A DNA stretch of 64,000 nucleotides from Thermoproteota archaeon (GTDB taxonomy: Archaea; Asgardarchaeota; Njordarchaeia; Njordarchaeales; Panguiarchaeaceae): positions 1 to 64,000 of the forward strand of contig JANJXX010000004.1 in assembly GCA_024720975.1 (NCBI GenBank), written 5' to 3'. The position numbers were made by a program, and so were the translations under genes. Shown in pieces: positions 1 through 10,284 of the stretch. The notes beneath the pieces are model-generated. The model saw only the letters and a list, made by a program, of their open reading frames with translations. It had not been told where the DNA came from and did not search any database. How positions within the stretch are numbered: the first letter of the stretch is position 1; each line of letters starts with the position of its first letter.

Positions 1-1267
1 CGACCACTGAAGTATCATCAGACCATGCCTTAGCCTCCATAACAACGTCGCTAGTGCCGGTGGCTTTTAAAGCAAAGCTTATTCTAACTTCCTCTCCAGC
101 ATGTAAAATCGATATGTTGTATATATTACTAGCATTAAGAAGCTCTAAGGCACCACGTATTTCGAGTCCTACGTGGACGTTTGATATATCGCGATTAGCA
201 TTGTTTCTGACGGTCATATTAACATATGCTACGTATCCACTCGATATTCTCTCGGGAACCTCAATATTGACCAGTGCAAGGTCTCTAGATAAAGCATACT
301 CGATCAAGTTGAGTGCAAACATTCTATTATTATAGCTAGCATTAGGATAGCAGAATCGATTTTCGCTGAAGGCCGCCACACTTCCAGATACGAATAGTAA
401 TCCACCTGAGGTTGTATTTGCAAGAGCGAAAACAATTATGTTGCCATCATATACGACTGTTTGATTGCGAATTAATGCTTTATTAGGATTGTAGACATAG
501 GTATCAGAGTCTCCTGTCGCAAGTATCCAGACAGTCTTCCAGGACGTGTTGCCCTCGAGAAGTTCTATGCCAGTACCCCCACCAGGAGAAACGCCACCTG
601 TAGAGATCATATATGTCCCTCCGCCACTGAGGCCGCTTGCAACAGTGTTATCAGCCCATGTGTGTATTATTGGAAAGTAGGTGTATCTAATATAGTTGGT
701 TGGGTCACGTAAGCTTGCATTCAGGATGTGTATACCAAATGGTCTGGTTATGTTGTTCAGTATATAATATTTCAGGTAATTATACCAGTCTGCAAGTATC
801 ATTGCAAAGCCGTTAGATTCATTTATGAAATACATTATAGCGTCCTTTTCTGCATCTGGCAGAAAGGATGCGTCGCTTGGATTAGGCCAGATAAGTGCCC
901 AGAAATTGGTTATGTTATTCCTGTCATAGGTAGTGAAATTCCTTTTATCATATATCGTAAAACCATATATTGTACTTAAGTCCCCTAGGAATGTAGCTAA
1001 ACGTGTAGAGTTGAAGTATGCGTACCTATCATCTAGCAGGACTTTCATCTCGAATGGTAGGGTTAGCTCTATTGTTCTAATGCGGGGTATGAAGAGTGAA
1101 TTTATCTGTGGATTTTTCATCTGTATGCCTTGAATGTTTGCTTGCACACCTTGAATCTCTAATATGTTTTTAAGTGTTCCCTCCGTAATTTTATTACCTG
1201 ATATCACCAGCGGGCTTATCAATAGTACTAGTACTATCATTAATGCCATTATATTGCTTCTCTGCAT
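1..1267 (-). CDS. Secreted/surface protein (signal peptide, CARDB/Ig-like region), 3'-partial at window edge
   Basis: Read manually; absent from the ORF track because it runs off the window. ATG at 1267 after GGTGAG SD. MQRSNIMALMIVLVLLISPLVI signal peptide, many NxS/T sequons, VNMTVRNNANRDISNV...LHAGEE CARDB-like motif. Confidence 0.75.
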   Translation of the reverse strand, partial: MQRSNIMALMIVLVLLISPLVISGNKITEGTLKNILEIQGVQANIQGIQMKNPQINSLFIPRIRTIELTLPFEMKVLLDDRYAYFNSTRLATFLGDLSTIYGFTIYDKRNFTTYDRNNITNFWALIWPNPSDASFLPDAEKDAIMYFINESNGFAMILADWYNYLKYYILNNITRPFGIHILNASLRDPTNYIRYTYFPIIHTWADNTVASGLSGGGTYMISTGGVSPGGGTGIELLEGNTSWKTVWILATGDSDTYVYNPNKALIRNQTVVYDGNIIVFALANTTSGGLLFVSGSVAAFSENRFCYPNASYNNRMFALNLIEYALSRDLALVNIEVPERISSGYVAYVNMTVRNNANRDISNVHVGLEIRGALELLNASNIYNISILHAGEEVRISFALKATGTSDVVMEAKAWSDDTSVV

Positions 1268-1468
1268 TATGCTCACCAGTTAGATTCTGAATCATCATCT
1301 TAGAAAAAGTGCTTATATAGTGACCCGTGTAGAAATACATTTATCTATCGAGTTAGCTCTTACGCTTATCAAGCTTTGGAGAATACAACACTCTTTTATT
1401 ATCTTTTAGCTGTCTTTATCAACTAAGTTTGTCCTAAGGCAGTTATAACTCTAGTGTAGGTGCATGTA

Positions 1469-2731
1469 ATGTCTAGCCAGGATGAAGTTATATTACATAA
1501 GCGAGTTGCCATAGCTGCACTTATGACATTTGGATTTATCAGTCTTCTTGGGGATATTATATATGAGGGCTCCAGGGGGGCCATTTCGGCATACCTACAA
1601 TTGCTAATGACTCCAGCATTAATTGTTGGTCTAGCAGTAGGACTTGGAGAGTTCCTCGGTTATGCACTGAGACTTTTCTCTGGTTATTTCAGTGATGTGA
1701 CACGCGCGTATTGGGGCTTTGTTATTACTGGCTACACTTTACTAATATCAATACCACTCCTCGCATTTTTTACAGACTGGAAGATTGTCATTTTGTTAGT
1801 GATCATTGAAAGGGTAGCCAAGGCAATAAGAACCCCCGCAAGAGATACACTCATTTCAGCCACTACGAAAAGTATTGGAAGAGGAAAGGCATTTGGCCTT
1901 CACGAGTTACTTGATCAAGTTGGAGCGGTAGTAGGTCCACTGATAGTCGCAATTGCTATATTGTATAAGCTCCAGCAAGGGGCTACAGAAATAGCCCAGC
2001 TTCAATTTGCATTCATTGTTCTTATAATACCTTACATACTGCTTCTTACAGTTCTGTTCACTGGTTACATTAAGTTGAAGCAGCACACAAAGGAAGCGTT
2101 AACGGGTGTTGAAGTCTCAACAAAATCAGATACACTCTCCGGAGTGTTTTATGCGTATTCTTTTGCTGTTATGTTGAATGCAGCTGGACTCTTTCAAGTT
2201 GCCTTGATCCTATATATTGCTGCAGAAATGTTTACTGAAATTTTGTGGATTGTTCCGCTTTTGTATCTTCTAATCCAGGGTGTTGATGCCATAGCAGCAC
2301 CCATTGCTGGTACGGCATACGATAAGAGGGGAAGATCGATACTAATAGCACCATTTATGCTATCAATACTTCCAACGGTATTCATTACTCTTATGTACAT
2401 TCAAATGGGTATTCAAATATCACCATCGCTGCTGATACTGCTTGCGGCAATATTCTATGGTATTATACTAGGAATGCAGGAATCAGTCTACAGGGCAGCC
2501 GTTGCTGATCTAACTGGAATATCAAAAAGGGGCTTAGGATATGGAATATTCAGCACCCTTTATGGGTTAGGATTCATGATAAGTGGAGCAGTCTTTGGTT
2601 ACATAATTGACTTGTCGAAGCTAAATCCTCTTAACATCATCTATGCCTTAGCTTATACAATAATAGTGGAAATAATCGCAATAATCCTGCTCATAAAATC
2701 TCTCAGGATGAAATCCCCTAAAAGTAAATAA
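1469..2731 (+). CDS. MFS transporter
   Basis: About 12 hydrophobic segments; SGYFSD, ERVAKAIRTPARD, GKAFGLHELLDQVGA motifs. ATG 1469 after AGGTG SD. Confidence 0.9.
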   Translation: MSSQDEVILHKRVAIAALMTFGFISLLGDIIYEGSRGAISAYLQLLMTPALIVGLAVGLGEFLGYALRLFSGYFSDVTRAYWGFVITGYTLLISIPLLAFFTDWKIVILLVIIERVAKAIRTPARDTLISATTKSIGRGKAFGLHELLDQVGAVVGPLIVAIAILYKLQQGATEIAQLQFAFIVLIIPYILLLTVLFTGYIKLKQHTKEALTGVEVSTKSDTLSGVFYAYSFAVMLNAAGLFQVALILYIAAEMFTEILWIVPLLYLLIQGVDAIAAPIAGTAYDKRGRSILIAPFMLSILPTVFITLMYIQMGIQISPSLLILLAAIFYGIILGMQESVYRAAVADLTGISKRGLGYGIFSTLYGLGFMISGAVFGYIIDLSKLNPLNIIYALAYTIIVEIIAIILLIKSLRMKSPKSK

Positions 2732-2815
2732 AACACCCACTGAGGCATTTAGACAGAATCTACTTATAGCATTTTTCAGAGCGCAGCTTTAACATAACAC
2801 TGGATGCTTTAGGAG

Positions 2816-3490
2816 CTAATCCGCTGATTTAAGTTCTGCGAAGACTTTATTATCCTCTATATCGACTACAGCGAAAAAGCCATGAGCAGCTGGACCAGGA
2901 TTTATCACGACCGTAGAACCTGCAACCTCAACTACTCCACGACCTTCATGTACATGCCCAGAAAACACAGCGAGGGGCTTCACATTCTCAATGAAAGATC
3001 TTATTGTAGCCGATCCCACGGGCTCTCCTGAGTAAAGAAAATCTGTAGTTTCATAGGGTGGATTATGAGTAATGAAGAGTAGGGGCTTTTGAGGCTCAAG
3101 CTTTGTCTTTATGTCTTCTAGCATCTCTGCGAAGTCTTGCTCTGAGAATTCTATGCATGTAGCAAATGGTGTTATTCCACTCCCACCGATACCTGCTATT
3201 TGTAATTTTCCTAATTCAACAACTCTTCTATGAACGTTATAGAACTTCATATCTTCGAAGCTATTCTCTAGGAGCTCTATGGGGTCGCAGTTACCTGGAA
3301 CAAAATACGTTGGTGCTTCTGTAATACTCCTTATTAATTTAATGTATCTAACAACATCACCCAGGGGGCGAAAATTGGTTATATCTCCACAAATAAACAT
3401 GATGTCAAAGCTCTCTGTTGAAATTATTTTCTTGACTTTGTTGATTCTATCATGAATATCCGACAGTACTAAAATCCTCAAAAATGCCAC
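2816..3490 (-). CDS. Calcineurin-like metallophosphoesterase (Icc-related)
   Basis: SDIH, GD, PGNCD, THNPP, SGHVHE motifs. Confidence 0.9.
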   Translation of the reverse strand: MAFLRILVLSDIHDRINKVKKIISTESFDIMFICGDITNFRPLGDVVRYIKLIRSITEAPTYFVPGNCDPIELLENSFEDMKFYNVHRRVVELGKLQIAGIGGSGITPFATCIEFSEQDFAEMLEDIKTKLEPQKPLLFITHNPPYETTDFLYSGEPVGSATIRSFIENVKPLAVFSGHVHEGRGVVEVAGSTVVINPGPAAHGFFAVVDIEDNKVFAELKSAD

Positions 3491-3502
3491 CGGTGCTCGA
3501 TT

Positions 3503-4708
3503 TTATAGTATAGATTTTGCTATTAGACGCATTGTATTGTCTATCATCGAAGTGACTGCAGGCGGTAATGACGGAAGATCAACTCGTAGAAAGCCCCTAA
3601 CGAGTATTGACTCTGCATTCTCCCGGCTAAATCCTCTGGCCATAAGCCATAAGATCTTGTCCTCAGCCAGCTTTCCAACAGCCGCTTCGTGTGTAAGCGT
3701 AACGTTATCATGAAGAGCATCTAGTATGGGTATTGTTAGGATTCTGGATTTATCAGATAGTAAAAGACCCTGACAATCTATATGACCACGGACCCCGAGC
3801 GCTAGACCTGTTATTTTAGCTCTTGTAGTTAGCTCACTGAAATCTTTAGTTATTGCTCTAGAAATTATTTGTCCAGAGGCGTTATTACCAGCGAGTTCTA
3901 GAGTATATCCACTGTCAGATTTTGCTTGTCCCTCAAGAACGATTGTTGATGCTAAATAAGCTCTAGCATTTTCATGCAAAATTACTCTAGGCATCGACTG
4001 GAATGTTTTTAACTTTGTAAATGCAATGTAATTTGATATGTACTCGCCGCCTTCCTCTACAATCACTCCGGTCCTGGGCCTTATGTGCATAGCTTCACTC
4101 CACCTATGGATCATAACGAAACTTACCCTGGCGCCCTTTTTAACGTATATTTCTGTTATTCCAGCATGCAATCCTGTTGTTTCCCTCATGACAGTGCATC
4201 CTGTCACCACACTTACTTCGCTTCCCTCTTCAGCAATTATGATGTTATGCGGTGCTTGTAGAGATTGATTCAATTGCATGAGAAGACATGCTTGCACTGG
4301 AACTTGGATCCTGTGTCCCTTCTTAGCTCTTACGAAATATCCGCCCTTACCCGCAAGTTCTGCCAGTGCTGTGAACTTGTCAGTATCGACTTTAACCGCG
4401 TTCCAGAAGTAGGGCTCTAGATCCTTACCGTACGTATCTATTGCTTCCTCTAAACTCATTATTTCTAAGCCAGGTACTTTCGATAGCCTCTCGAGAACAA
4501 TACTCTCTAATTGATAATATTCACCTGCCCTATTGGTCGAATCCACACTTACACCAACATTTTCAAGAATATCTGCCACTGAATGCAGGTCGAGGTTTTT
4601 ATCAACTTCCTTTGGAGTAAATTGAGTTATATCTACATCGACTCCGTATTGAGGTGGTTTTGATATGGCTTCTTTAGCCAATTCTCGATACTTGTTACGC
4701 CAACTCAT
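3503..4708 (-). CDS. sufB: SufB/SufD-family Fe-S assembly protein (SmsB-type)
   Basis: HNIIIAEEGS, GCT, GHIDCQGLLL, THEAAVGK, LMARG motifs. ATG 4708 overlaps the sufC stop. Confidence 0.9.
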   Translation of the reverse strand: MSWRNKYRELAKEAISKPPQYGVDVDITQFTPKEVDKNLDLHSVADILENVGVSVDSTNRAGEYYQLESIVLERLSKVPGLEIMSLEEAIDTYGKDLEPYFWNAVKVDTDKFTALAELAGKGGYFVRAKKGHRIQVPVQACLLMQLNQSLQAPHNIIIAEEGSEVSVVTGCTVMRETTGLHAGITEIYVKKGARVSFVMIHRWSEAMHIRPRTGVIVEEGGEYISNYIAFTKLKTFQSMPRVILHENARAYLASTIVLEGQAKSDSGYTLELAGNNASGQIISRAITKDFSELTTRAKITGLALGVRGHIDCQGLLLSDKSRILTIPILDALHDNVTLTHEAAVGKLAEDKILWLMARGFSRENAESILVRGFLRVDLPSLPPAVTSMIDNTMRLIAKSIL

Positions 4709-5441
4709 AATAACCAGCCTGACGCTTGAGAATACACATATCGAATCCATACTTAGCTATATGATCGCTAATGATCTCTGCAGGTCCTTCGCAAACTATC
4801 CTGTGATCAAGCATTACATATGCTCTATTGGCTTTAAGGTGCTTTGCCAAGAAGCCTGTGTGAGTAATTATTAGCGCGCCTTTCAAACCAAGCTCGAACA
4901 TTTTTTCAATGGCTTTACTTATGATAAGGATGCTATCTCTATCAACACCAGAATCTGGCTCATCAAACACCACAAATTTCGGCGCCTGCAATGTCGTGAG
5001 GAGGATTTCAACTCTTTTTCTTTCACCACCAGAAAACCCAACATTTGTATGCCTATTAAGTAAATGGCTTACCTGTAAAATCTCAATAAGCTCTTTGAGT
5101 GTGTCCTCTGAGACCCCATGCTTCTCTGCAATTTCTCGAGCGAGCTCCATTAACTTTATTCCTTTGAGTTCAGGAGAAAACTGAAATGCTGCTGTTATTC
5201 CCAGACTTACTCTCTTCTCAATAGGAAATTCAGTTACGTCACGATCATAAAAATATATTCTACCGCCTATAATTCTATAATTTGGATGCCCTAGTATTGC
5301 CATGGCTAAAGACGTCTTGCCACTACCATTCGGACCAAATAGCAGAACAGTCTCTCCAGAGTTTACATGCAGGCTAACTCCATTAACAACAATTTTTCCA
5401 TCAGTACTTACTTTCAGGTTTTCCACTCCGAGAACTTTCAA
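4695..5441 (-). CDS. sufC: Fe-S assembly ABC ATPase SufC (SmsC-type)
   Basis: GPNGSGKTS, NVGFSGGERKR, DEPDSGVD, ITHTG. Confidence 0.92.
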   Translation of the reverse strand: MKVLGVENLKVSTDGKIVVNGVSLHVNSGETVLLFGPNGSGKTSLAMAILGHPNYRIIGGRIYFYDRDVTEFPIEKRVSLGITAAFQFSPELKGIKLMELAREIAEKHGVSEDTLKELIEILQVSHLLNRHTNVGFSGGERKRVEILLTTLQAPKFVVFDEPDSGVDRDSILIISKAIEKMFELGLKGALIITHTGFLAKHLKANRAYVMLDHRIVCEGPAEIISDHIAKYGFDMCILKRQAGYYELA

Positions 5442-5461
5442 GCGAACGCACCAGATGAGAG

Positions 5462-5803
5462 CTAGGCTTTTGGCTTGTAGATGCTAGGATCTATGAATAA
5501 TTTGCATGTACAGATACCATTCCTCCTTATCTCCTCTTTTGCTGGCTCACAAGGACAAATGTGTTCGCGAATCTTTTGAATTCTACATGGACAATACGCA
5601 TGACCGTAACGTACCATATTTCTTATTTCACCGAGTATTATGCCTCTAACTATTACATCATCTGAGTTGTACTCTATATGCTCACCAAAGAATTTCTTTG
5701 CTGCTTTAAGGAGAATCATTTTGTAAATATCAATAAACTTCTCATCGACCTCAATGTCCTCAATTTCAGCTTTAGCTTTCCCCGCTTCAAACTTAAAAGA
5801 CAT
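5462..5803 (-). CDS. Ferredoxin:thioredoxin reductase catalytic subunit-like protein
   Basis: RYGHAYCPCR...ICPC...GICTCKLF matches the FTR CPC/CPC/CxC pattern. Confidence 0.8.
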   Translation of the reverse strand: MSFKFEAGKAKAEIEDIEVDEKFIDIYKMILLKAAKKFFGEHIEYNSDDVIVRGIILGEIRNMVRYGHAYCPCRIQKIREHICPCEPAKEEIRRNGICTCKLFIDPSIYKPKA

Positions 5804-6000
5804 AACAACCACCAAGAATTATCTGTAATATTGACAAAATTTATATCTAGCATATACTTAGAGGAAGTTAAAAAAGCAATAGTTTAATCGGTCGTTTTTG
5901 TATAACTACAGCTCTGGTAAATCATAAGGTTCCTAACTAAAATGTTTTGATTTTTAAATCAAATTCTTAATCCTCACAGTTTGCCTAGGTGCACTGACGT

Positions 6001-6456
6001 ATGAGTGCTAAAATAAGTCTTCTCAGAGAATTGCTCATGGAGTACTCACTCGTAATAGTAGATCTTAACGGTAAGATTCTGTATAGTTCAAGAGAGGATG
6101 GTATAAAGCCCGTGGTTGAGGCCGTCGTGGTTGCCGGTGGGCTTATCGATAATAATATTGTTGCTGATCGCATCATAGGAAAAGCGGCTGCGTTAATTAT
6201 CGCAAATAGAAGACCCCAGCTCGTTTTTGGTACTGTTATGAGTAAGGGTGCTGTAAATCTCCTGAGAGATCTAGGTATTAGCTATAGCTTTGAAAAGCTG
6301 GTCGAAGTTATAAAGGGCAAGACTAAGAGCATATGTCCATTTGAGGAGTTTGTAAAGGACATAAATGACCCGAAGGAAGCACTGATAAAAATCGTCACAA
6401 GATACTTCCCACACTTAAGGGAAAAGGCTTGCGAATTCATTGGTTCTGGTCTATAG
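6001..6456 (+). CDS. DUF1893 (TM1506-like) protein
   Basis: GIKP, VADRIIGKAAA, MSKGA, ICPFE motifs. Confidence 0.85.
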   Translation: MSAKISLLRELLMEYSLVIVDLNGKILYSSREDGIKPVVEAVVVAGGLIDNNIVADRIIGKAAALIIANRRPQLVFGTVMSKGAVNLLRDLGISYSFEKLVEVIKGKTKSICPFEEFVKDINDPKEALIKIVTRYFPHLREKACEFIGSGL

Positions 6457-6672
6457 AAAATGCTTATATCCTCTTCTTAAGCTCGGAAAAGTTCAGTATT
6501 GTTTGTTATCCTATTGCATATCAACGATATCTAAAGGGGAACTAGGTGATTACAGGATTCTGTAGTTAATTATATTGTTCTTGAGTAACAGAACTAAAAG
6601 ATATTTGAATAAGATAGCTTAAAAGCACCATTGCCATTATTTTCATACATTAGAAAACACTTGGTGATCCGT

Positions 6673-9294
6673 GTGAAAAGAGAGGCTATCGTATTAGCCC
6701 TACTAGTATTGGTAAGCTCTGCTGCATTCGTTAATGCCACGTATGGTAGTACGCATAACCCAAGGATACGAATAGAAGCTTCAACAACTACAGATATAGG
6801 CGTTTATGCCGAAGAAGCCAACTTCCTAATGGGAAAGGCTGGACACGTAGCAATGGTACTATTAGCCGCTGGAGGAACGATTGAAATCCCCATAGATACA
6901 AGCTGGGAGGAACTTGATGGACTACTAGCGATGAGAATAGCAGGCGGTATTGGTCATAGATGGTGGCTCTATTATCATCATGACATCTGCCCTGAAATCC
7001 CACCCATGACAACACTGATACTATACTATGGCAAGACAGAGATTGAGGCAACACCACTGGCGAAGGGGCTTGCTAATAAGATTGGATCTACACTTGGTAT
7101 AGCGTTCTATCCGTTGTGGTCCTTCGACGCAGAGAGGGGATCTGTATTCATATTCACGTCTGAACCTGATTTAACTAAAACCATAGATTTCATAAACAGT
7201 GTCGTAATATCAAGATTTCCCACAGCAGGTATAACTAGCTTTGCACATTCACAAATTATCCAAGAGAACATGAAGAATGAAGTATACACCCGGGCCTCAC
7301 TTACAGTAATCAGAGACCATATGGATGTAGATAAGGACACCAACGTAGATGAGTTTATTCCAGTACTCTTATTAGCAACAGTTCTACCAAACACTATAAA
7401 GGAAACAACAGACGGTTGGCTTAAGTTCTCAGTAAAGGAGTCACTAGGCCTAGGCCCAGAGACTAAGATAGAGCCAAATCCTGCTTCGAATTATAGCCTA
7501 ATAAAATTTGACTCATACCTACCTATAGAAATCGATGAAAATCGATCAACAATTCCCGATAACCCGCTATATGAATTCACTGGAAAACTAATATACGTGC
7601 TTAAATCGAGGAACTCCAGCAGGACCCTTGACGATATAGTCATATACTTCAAAGCATTCAGCTTTGAAGAGGAACTGAAATCAATGCCATTCGTTACTAG
7701 TGTATTCTCAATATCAAACATCTCTGTTACAACCTATACCCACGGTATTTGGAGCTTCTGGGCTCTGAATGTGACATATAGCGTGCAAATAGTAAACGTA
7801 GGTTCTGGAGCGGCCTTAAATGTAACTGTAGCACTGCCTCTAGTAGGAGACTTCAGAAGAGTCTTAAATGCGATGGCATACTTCTTTGGAACTAGTAGGG
7901 ATGAATTTATCCGCGGTGAGAATTGGTCAATAAAGAACAGAACAAAAATTGGAGATGCATACTTTGATGCTTTTGTAACAACGATAGATAGAGTCGAACC
8001 AAATAGTACAAAAACTGTAAGCTTCAATGTTATACTGATACCAGATATTATTAAAATGTACTTCCCAACGCTTGCTGTGGGACTCTCATTTGCGATGGGT
8101 CCTGTGGTGACCTACAAGGACTCGGAGGGCAGAGATTACTTTGTCGTATCCAACGGCTTTATAGTAGCTCCAGAGGCAGCCTTTGCTTCAGTGGCCTATT
8201 TACTTCCATCGAACATAGAGTTAATCGATCCCAACGAGCTCCTCTTCAGATTTAACTTCAAACTTATACTTGGAGCAATTTCTGGAGACAACCCACAGAT
8301 CGATATAGATAAACTCCTAAACGTTAAGGCCAAACTACTTGTCTCTAGACCCTGCAGCACCGCCCTGATCTCAGCACCAAAGGAGGTAGCTAGTGATCAA
8401 CTAAGCGAACTAACACTTAACGAGACGGGAGAGACCGTACACATTTTCAATCTAAGCTTCGATGCAAATCTCAGATTCGGAGTTTGGGCAATATTTGGAT
8501 ACGTAGAATTTACCATAGAGACTCCATTCGGTAACATAACGCTTGGTCTTGTGACGAATAGCTACATGATTTACATCCCACCAATACCACAAATTATCGC
8601 TAAATGGCTTTTAGAGAAGATATTCCCCTACCCACATGTTGAGCTCGAAATACAAAAGTTTGCTGAATATGACGCTACAAGGAATGAGCTGACGATAAGA
8701 ATCAATGTCAAGAACATAGGTGATACTGACACAGAGATAAGATTCTTTGAGTTCTTACTAGTAGATTATGTTGATGTTAGTGCAGGAAACAATGGTGTTA
8801 TCTCAGTTAAGATTAATGGAGAGACTGTAGACGTCCACGTTGAGGTCAAAGAGAATCTTGGTGTCATCGTGATAGTTTCGCCATGGATACCTATAAAGGC
8901 TGGAGAGGAAGTAAGCATAGAAATTAAAGTAAAGGTTGTAGCTAACTACACTGGCGAAATAATATTAAGACCAACGCTATTCAAGTACAACTTTGGCAGG
9001 TTTGAACCCGGTACCGTGCCTGACGAAGAATCTCATGTGGACGAGACCGAAGATAGAGAAGAACACGAGAGCGAAGAGTCTGAACATGGAGGCAAACTTC
9101 TCTTAGGTCTACCAACTGGAGAAGTCAGAGCTCTGCAGGAGGCAGGTAACATTCTGTCAACATTCTCAAATTCCGTCCTAATACCAGGAGCTGAGAGAAT
9201 TCGCTGGGGCATAATCATACTTTTAAGCATTATCGCTAGCATAATTATTATTGTGTATGTGAAGGTCATAAGAAAGGGCAAGAATCGCTCATAG
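6673..9294 (+). CDS. Large membrane-anchored surface glycoprotein
   Basis: GTG start after GGTGA. Signal peptide, beta-rich Ig/CARDB-like repeats (IVNVGSGAALNV, VKNIGDTD...IKAGE), sequons, C-terminal TM helix with basic tail. Confidence 0.75.
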   Translation: MKREAIVLALLVLVSSAAFVNATYGSTHNPRIRIEASTTTDIGVYAEEANFLMGKAGHVAMVLLAAGGTIEIPIDTSWEELDGLLAMRIAGGIGHRWWLYYHHDICPEIPPMTTLILYYGKTEIEATPLAKGLANKIGSTLGIAFYPLWSFDAERGSVFIFTSEPDLTKTIDFINSVVISRFPTAGITSFAHSQIIQENMKNEVYTRASLTVIRDHMDVDKDTNVDEFIPVLLLATVLPNTIKETTDGWLKFSVKESLGLGPETKIEPNPASNYSLIKFDSYLPIEIDENRSTIPDNPLYEFTGKLIYVLKSRNSSRTLDDIVIYFKAFSFEEELKSMPFVTSVFSISNISVTTYTHGIWSFWALNVTYSVQIVNVGSGAALNVTVALPLVGDFRRVLNAMAYFFGTSRDEFIRGENWSIKNRTKIGDAYFDAFVTTIDRVEPNSTKTVSFNVILIPDIIKMYFPTLAVGLSFAMGPVVTYKDSEGRDYFVVSNGFIVAPEAAFASVAYLLPSNIELIDPNELLFRFNFKLILGAISGDNPQIDIDKLLNVKAKLLVSRPCSTALISAPKEVASDQLSELTLNETGETVHIFNLSFDANLRFGVWAIFGYVEFTIETPFGNITLGLVTNSYMIYIPPIPQIIAKWLLEKIFPYPHVELEIQKFAEYDATRNELTIRINVKNIGDTDTEIRFFEFLLVDYVDVSAGNNGVISVKINGETVDVHVEVKENLGVIVIVSPWIPIKAGEEVSIEIKVKVVANYTGEIILRPTLFKYNFGRFEPGTVPDEESHVDETEDREEHESEESEHGGKLLLGLPTGEVRALQEAGNILSTFSNSVLIPGAERIRWGIIILLSIIASIIIIVYVKVIRKGKNRS

Positions 9295-9295
9295 G

Positions 9296-9335
9296 GCTTC
9301 CTTCCTATTTATTCTTTTTTCTTTATTTCTTTCAT
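9296..9335 (+). terminator. Pyrimidine/T-rich archaeal terminator
   Basis: T7 run within a pyrimidine tract directly after the stop codon at 9294. Confidence 0.5.
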
Positions 9336-9397
9336 TGATTTCTATTGGCGTGAATGATTTCACTTTTACAAACCAATCCTATAAGGTCTAGGTCATC

Positions 9398-10192
9398 ATG
9401 AAAGATGAAATTGACGTCTTTAAAGCCCTTGGCAATCCAATTCGTAGAAGGATTCTAATGTATATTGCTAAGAATAGAGCCGTAAGCTACAAGGATTTAA
9501 CTAAAATTGTTCCGAAGGCTGGAGCATTATATCACCATTTAAGACTGTTGGGCGACCTCATTGAGCAGGATGAAAATAAGATGTATAGGTTAACTCCAAA
9601 AGGATTGAAGGTGTATGAATTCTTGCTGTCCGAGTTCTTCATTCCTGAAGATAAAACAGTCGCTCAAAAACTTCTAACGCCTAGGATTTATCTGGAGATG
9701 ATCGAGGGACCAATTGCCTATTTGCTCGTAGCCGTACTTCTAACGAGTAGTTTTTTGTGGCTACTGACAAAGAACTTGGTAGTCTTCTTCATAGTCCCCA
9801 TACCCGTACGCATTCCAGACTTTCTAGCCCCCATAATGGTCATGCTTAATTTGATGTTTTGCGTGTCAATCGAAAAGTCTCTTATAAGATCATTCTTTGG
9901 ACGCAGAGTCAAAACATTCGAACTTCTTTCAAAGTCAGCTCCAGCGTTCCTAATCATCAATCTCTACCCAGTAGTCTTTTTACTAAACAATCATATGCTC
10001 ACATTCGCGTTTCACCTAATCGCGCAGATCATGGGAATGCTTCTTAGTATGTCAGCTATTAGTGTTGTAGCAAGGCTTCCACTGAGGAGCTCGCTGATAA
10101 TTGCACTTATTCTCCACTATGCAGCTATACTCATCTTGTTCGTCTCTCTAGGTGGGTTAACCCTATCAGCCACTATAGGATTATCATTCTGA
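9398..10192 (+). CDS. ArsR-type wHTH regulator fused to about 5 TM helices
   Basis: FKALGNPIRRRIL, LYHHLRLL, YRLTPKG; hydrophobic C-terminal half. Confidence 0.8.
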   Translation: MKDEIDVFKALGNPIRRRILMYIAKNRAVSYKDLTKIVPKAGALYHHLRLLGDLIEQDENKMYRLTPKGLKVYEFLLSEFFIPEDKTVAQKLLTPRIYLEMIEGPIAYLLVAVLLTSSFLWLLTKNLVVFFIVPIPVRIPDFLAPIMVMLNLMFCVSIEKSLIRSFFGRRVKTFELLSKSAPAFLIINLYPVVFLLNNHMLTFAFHLIAQIMGMLLSMSAISVVARLPLRSSLIIALILHYAAILILFVSLGGLTLSATIGLSF

Positions 10193-10284
10193 GTAAACAC
10201 ACGACCGAGCTCGCGGTTCTATTTAAGATCGCCCATATATTTTATATTATATGCAAGCAACTCGCTCCGCTAAGGTCTTACTGA

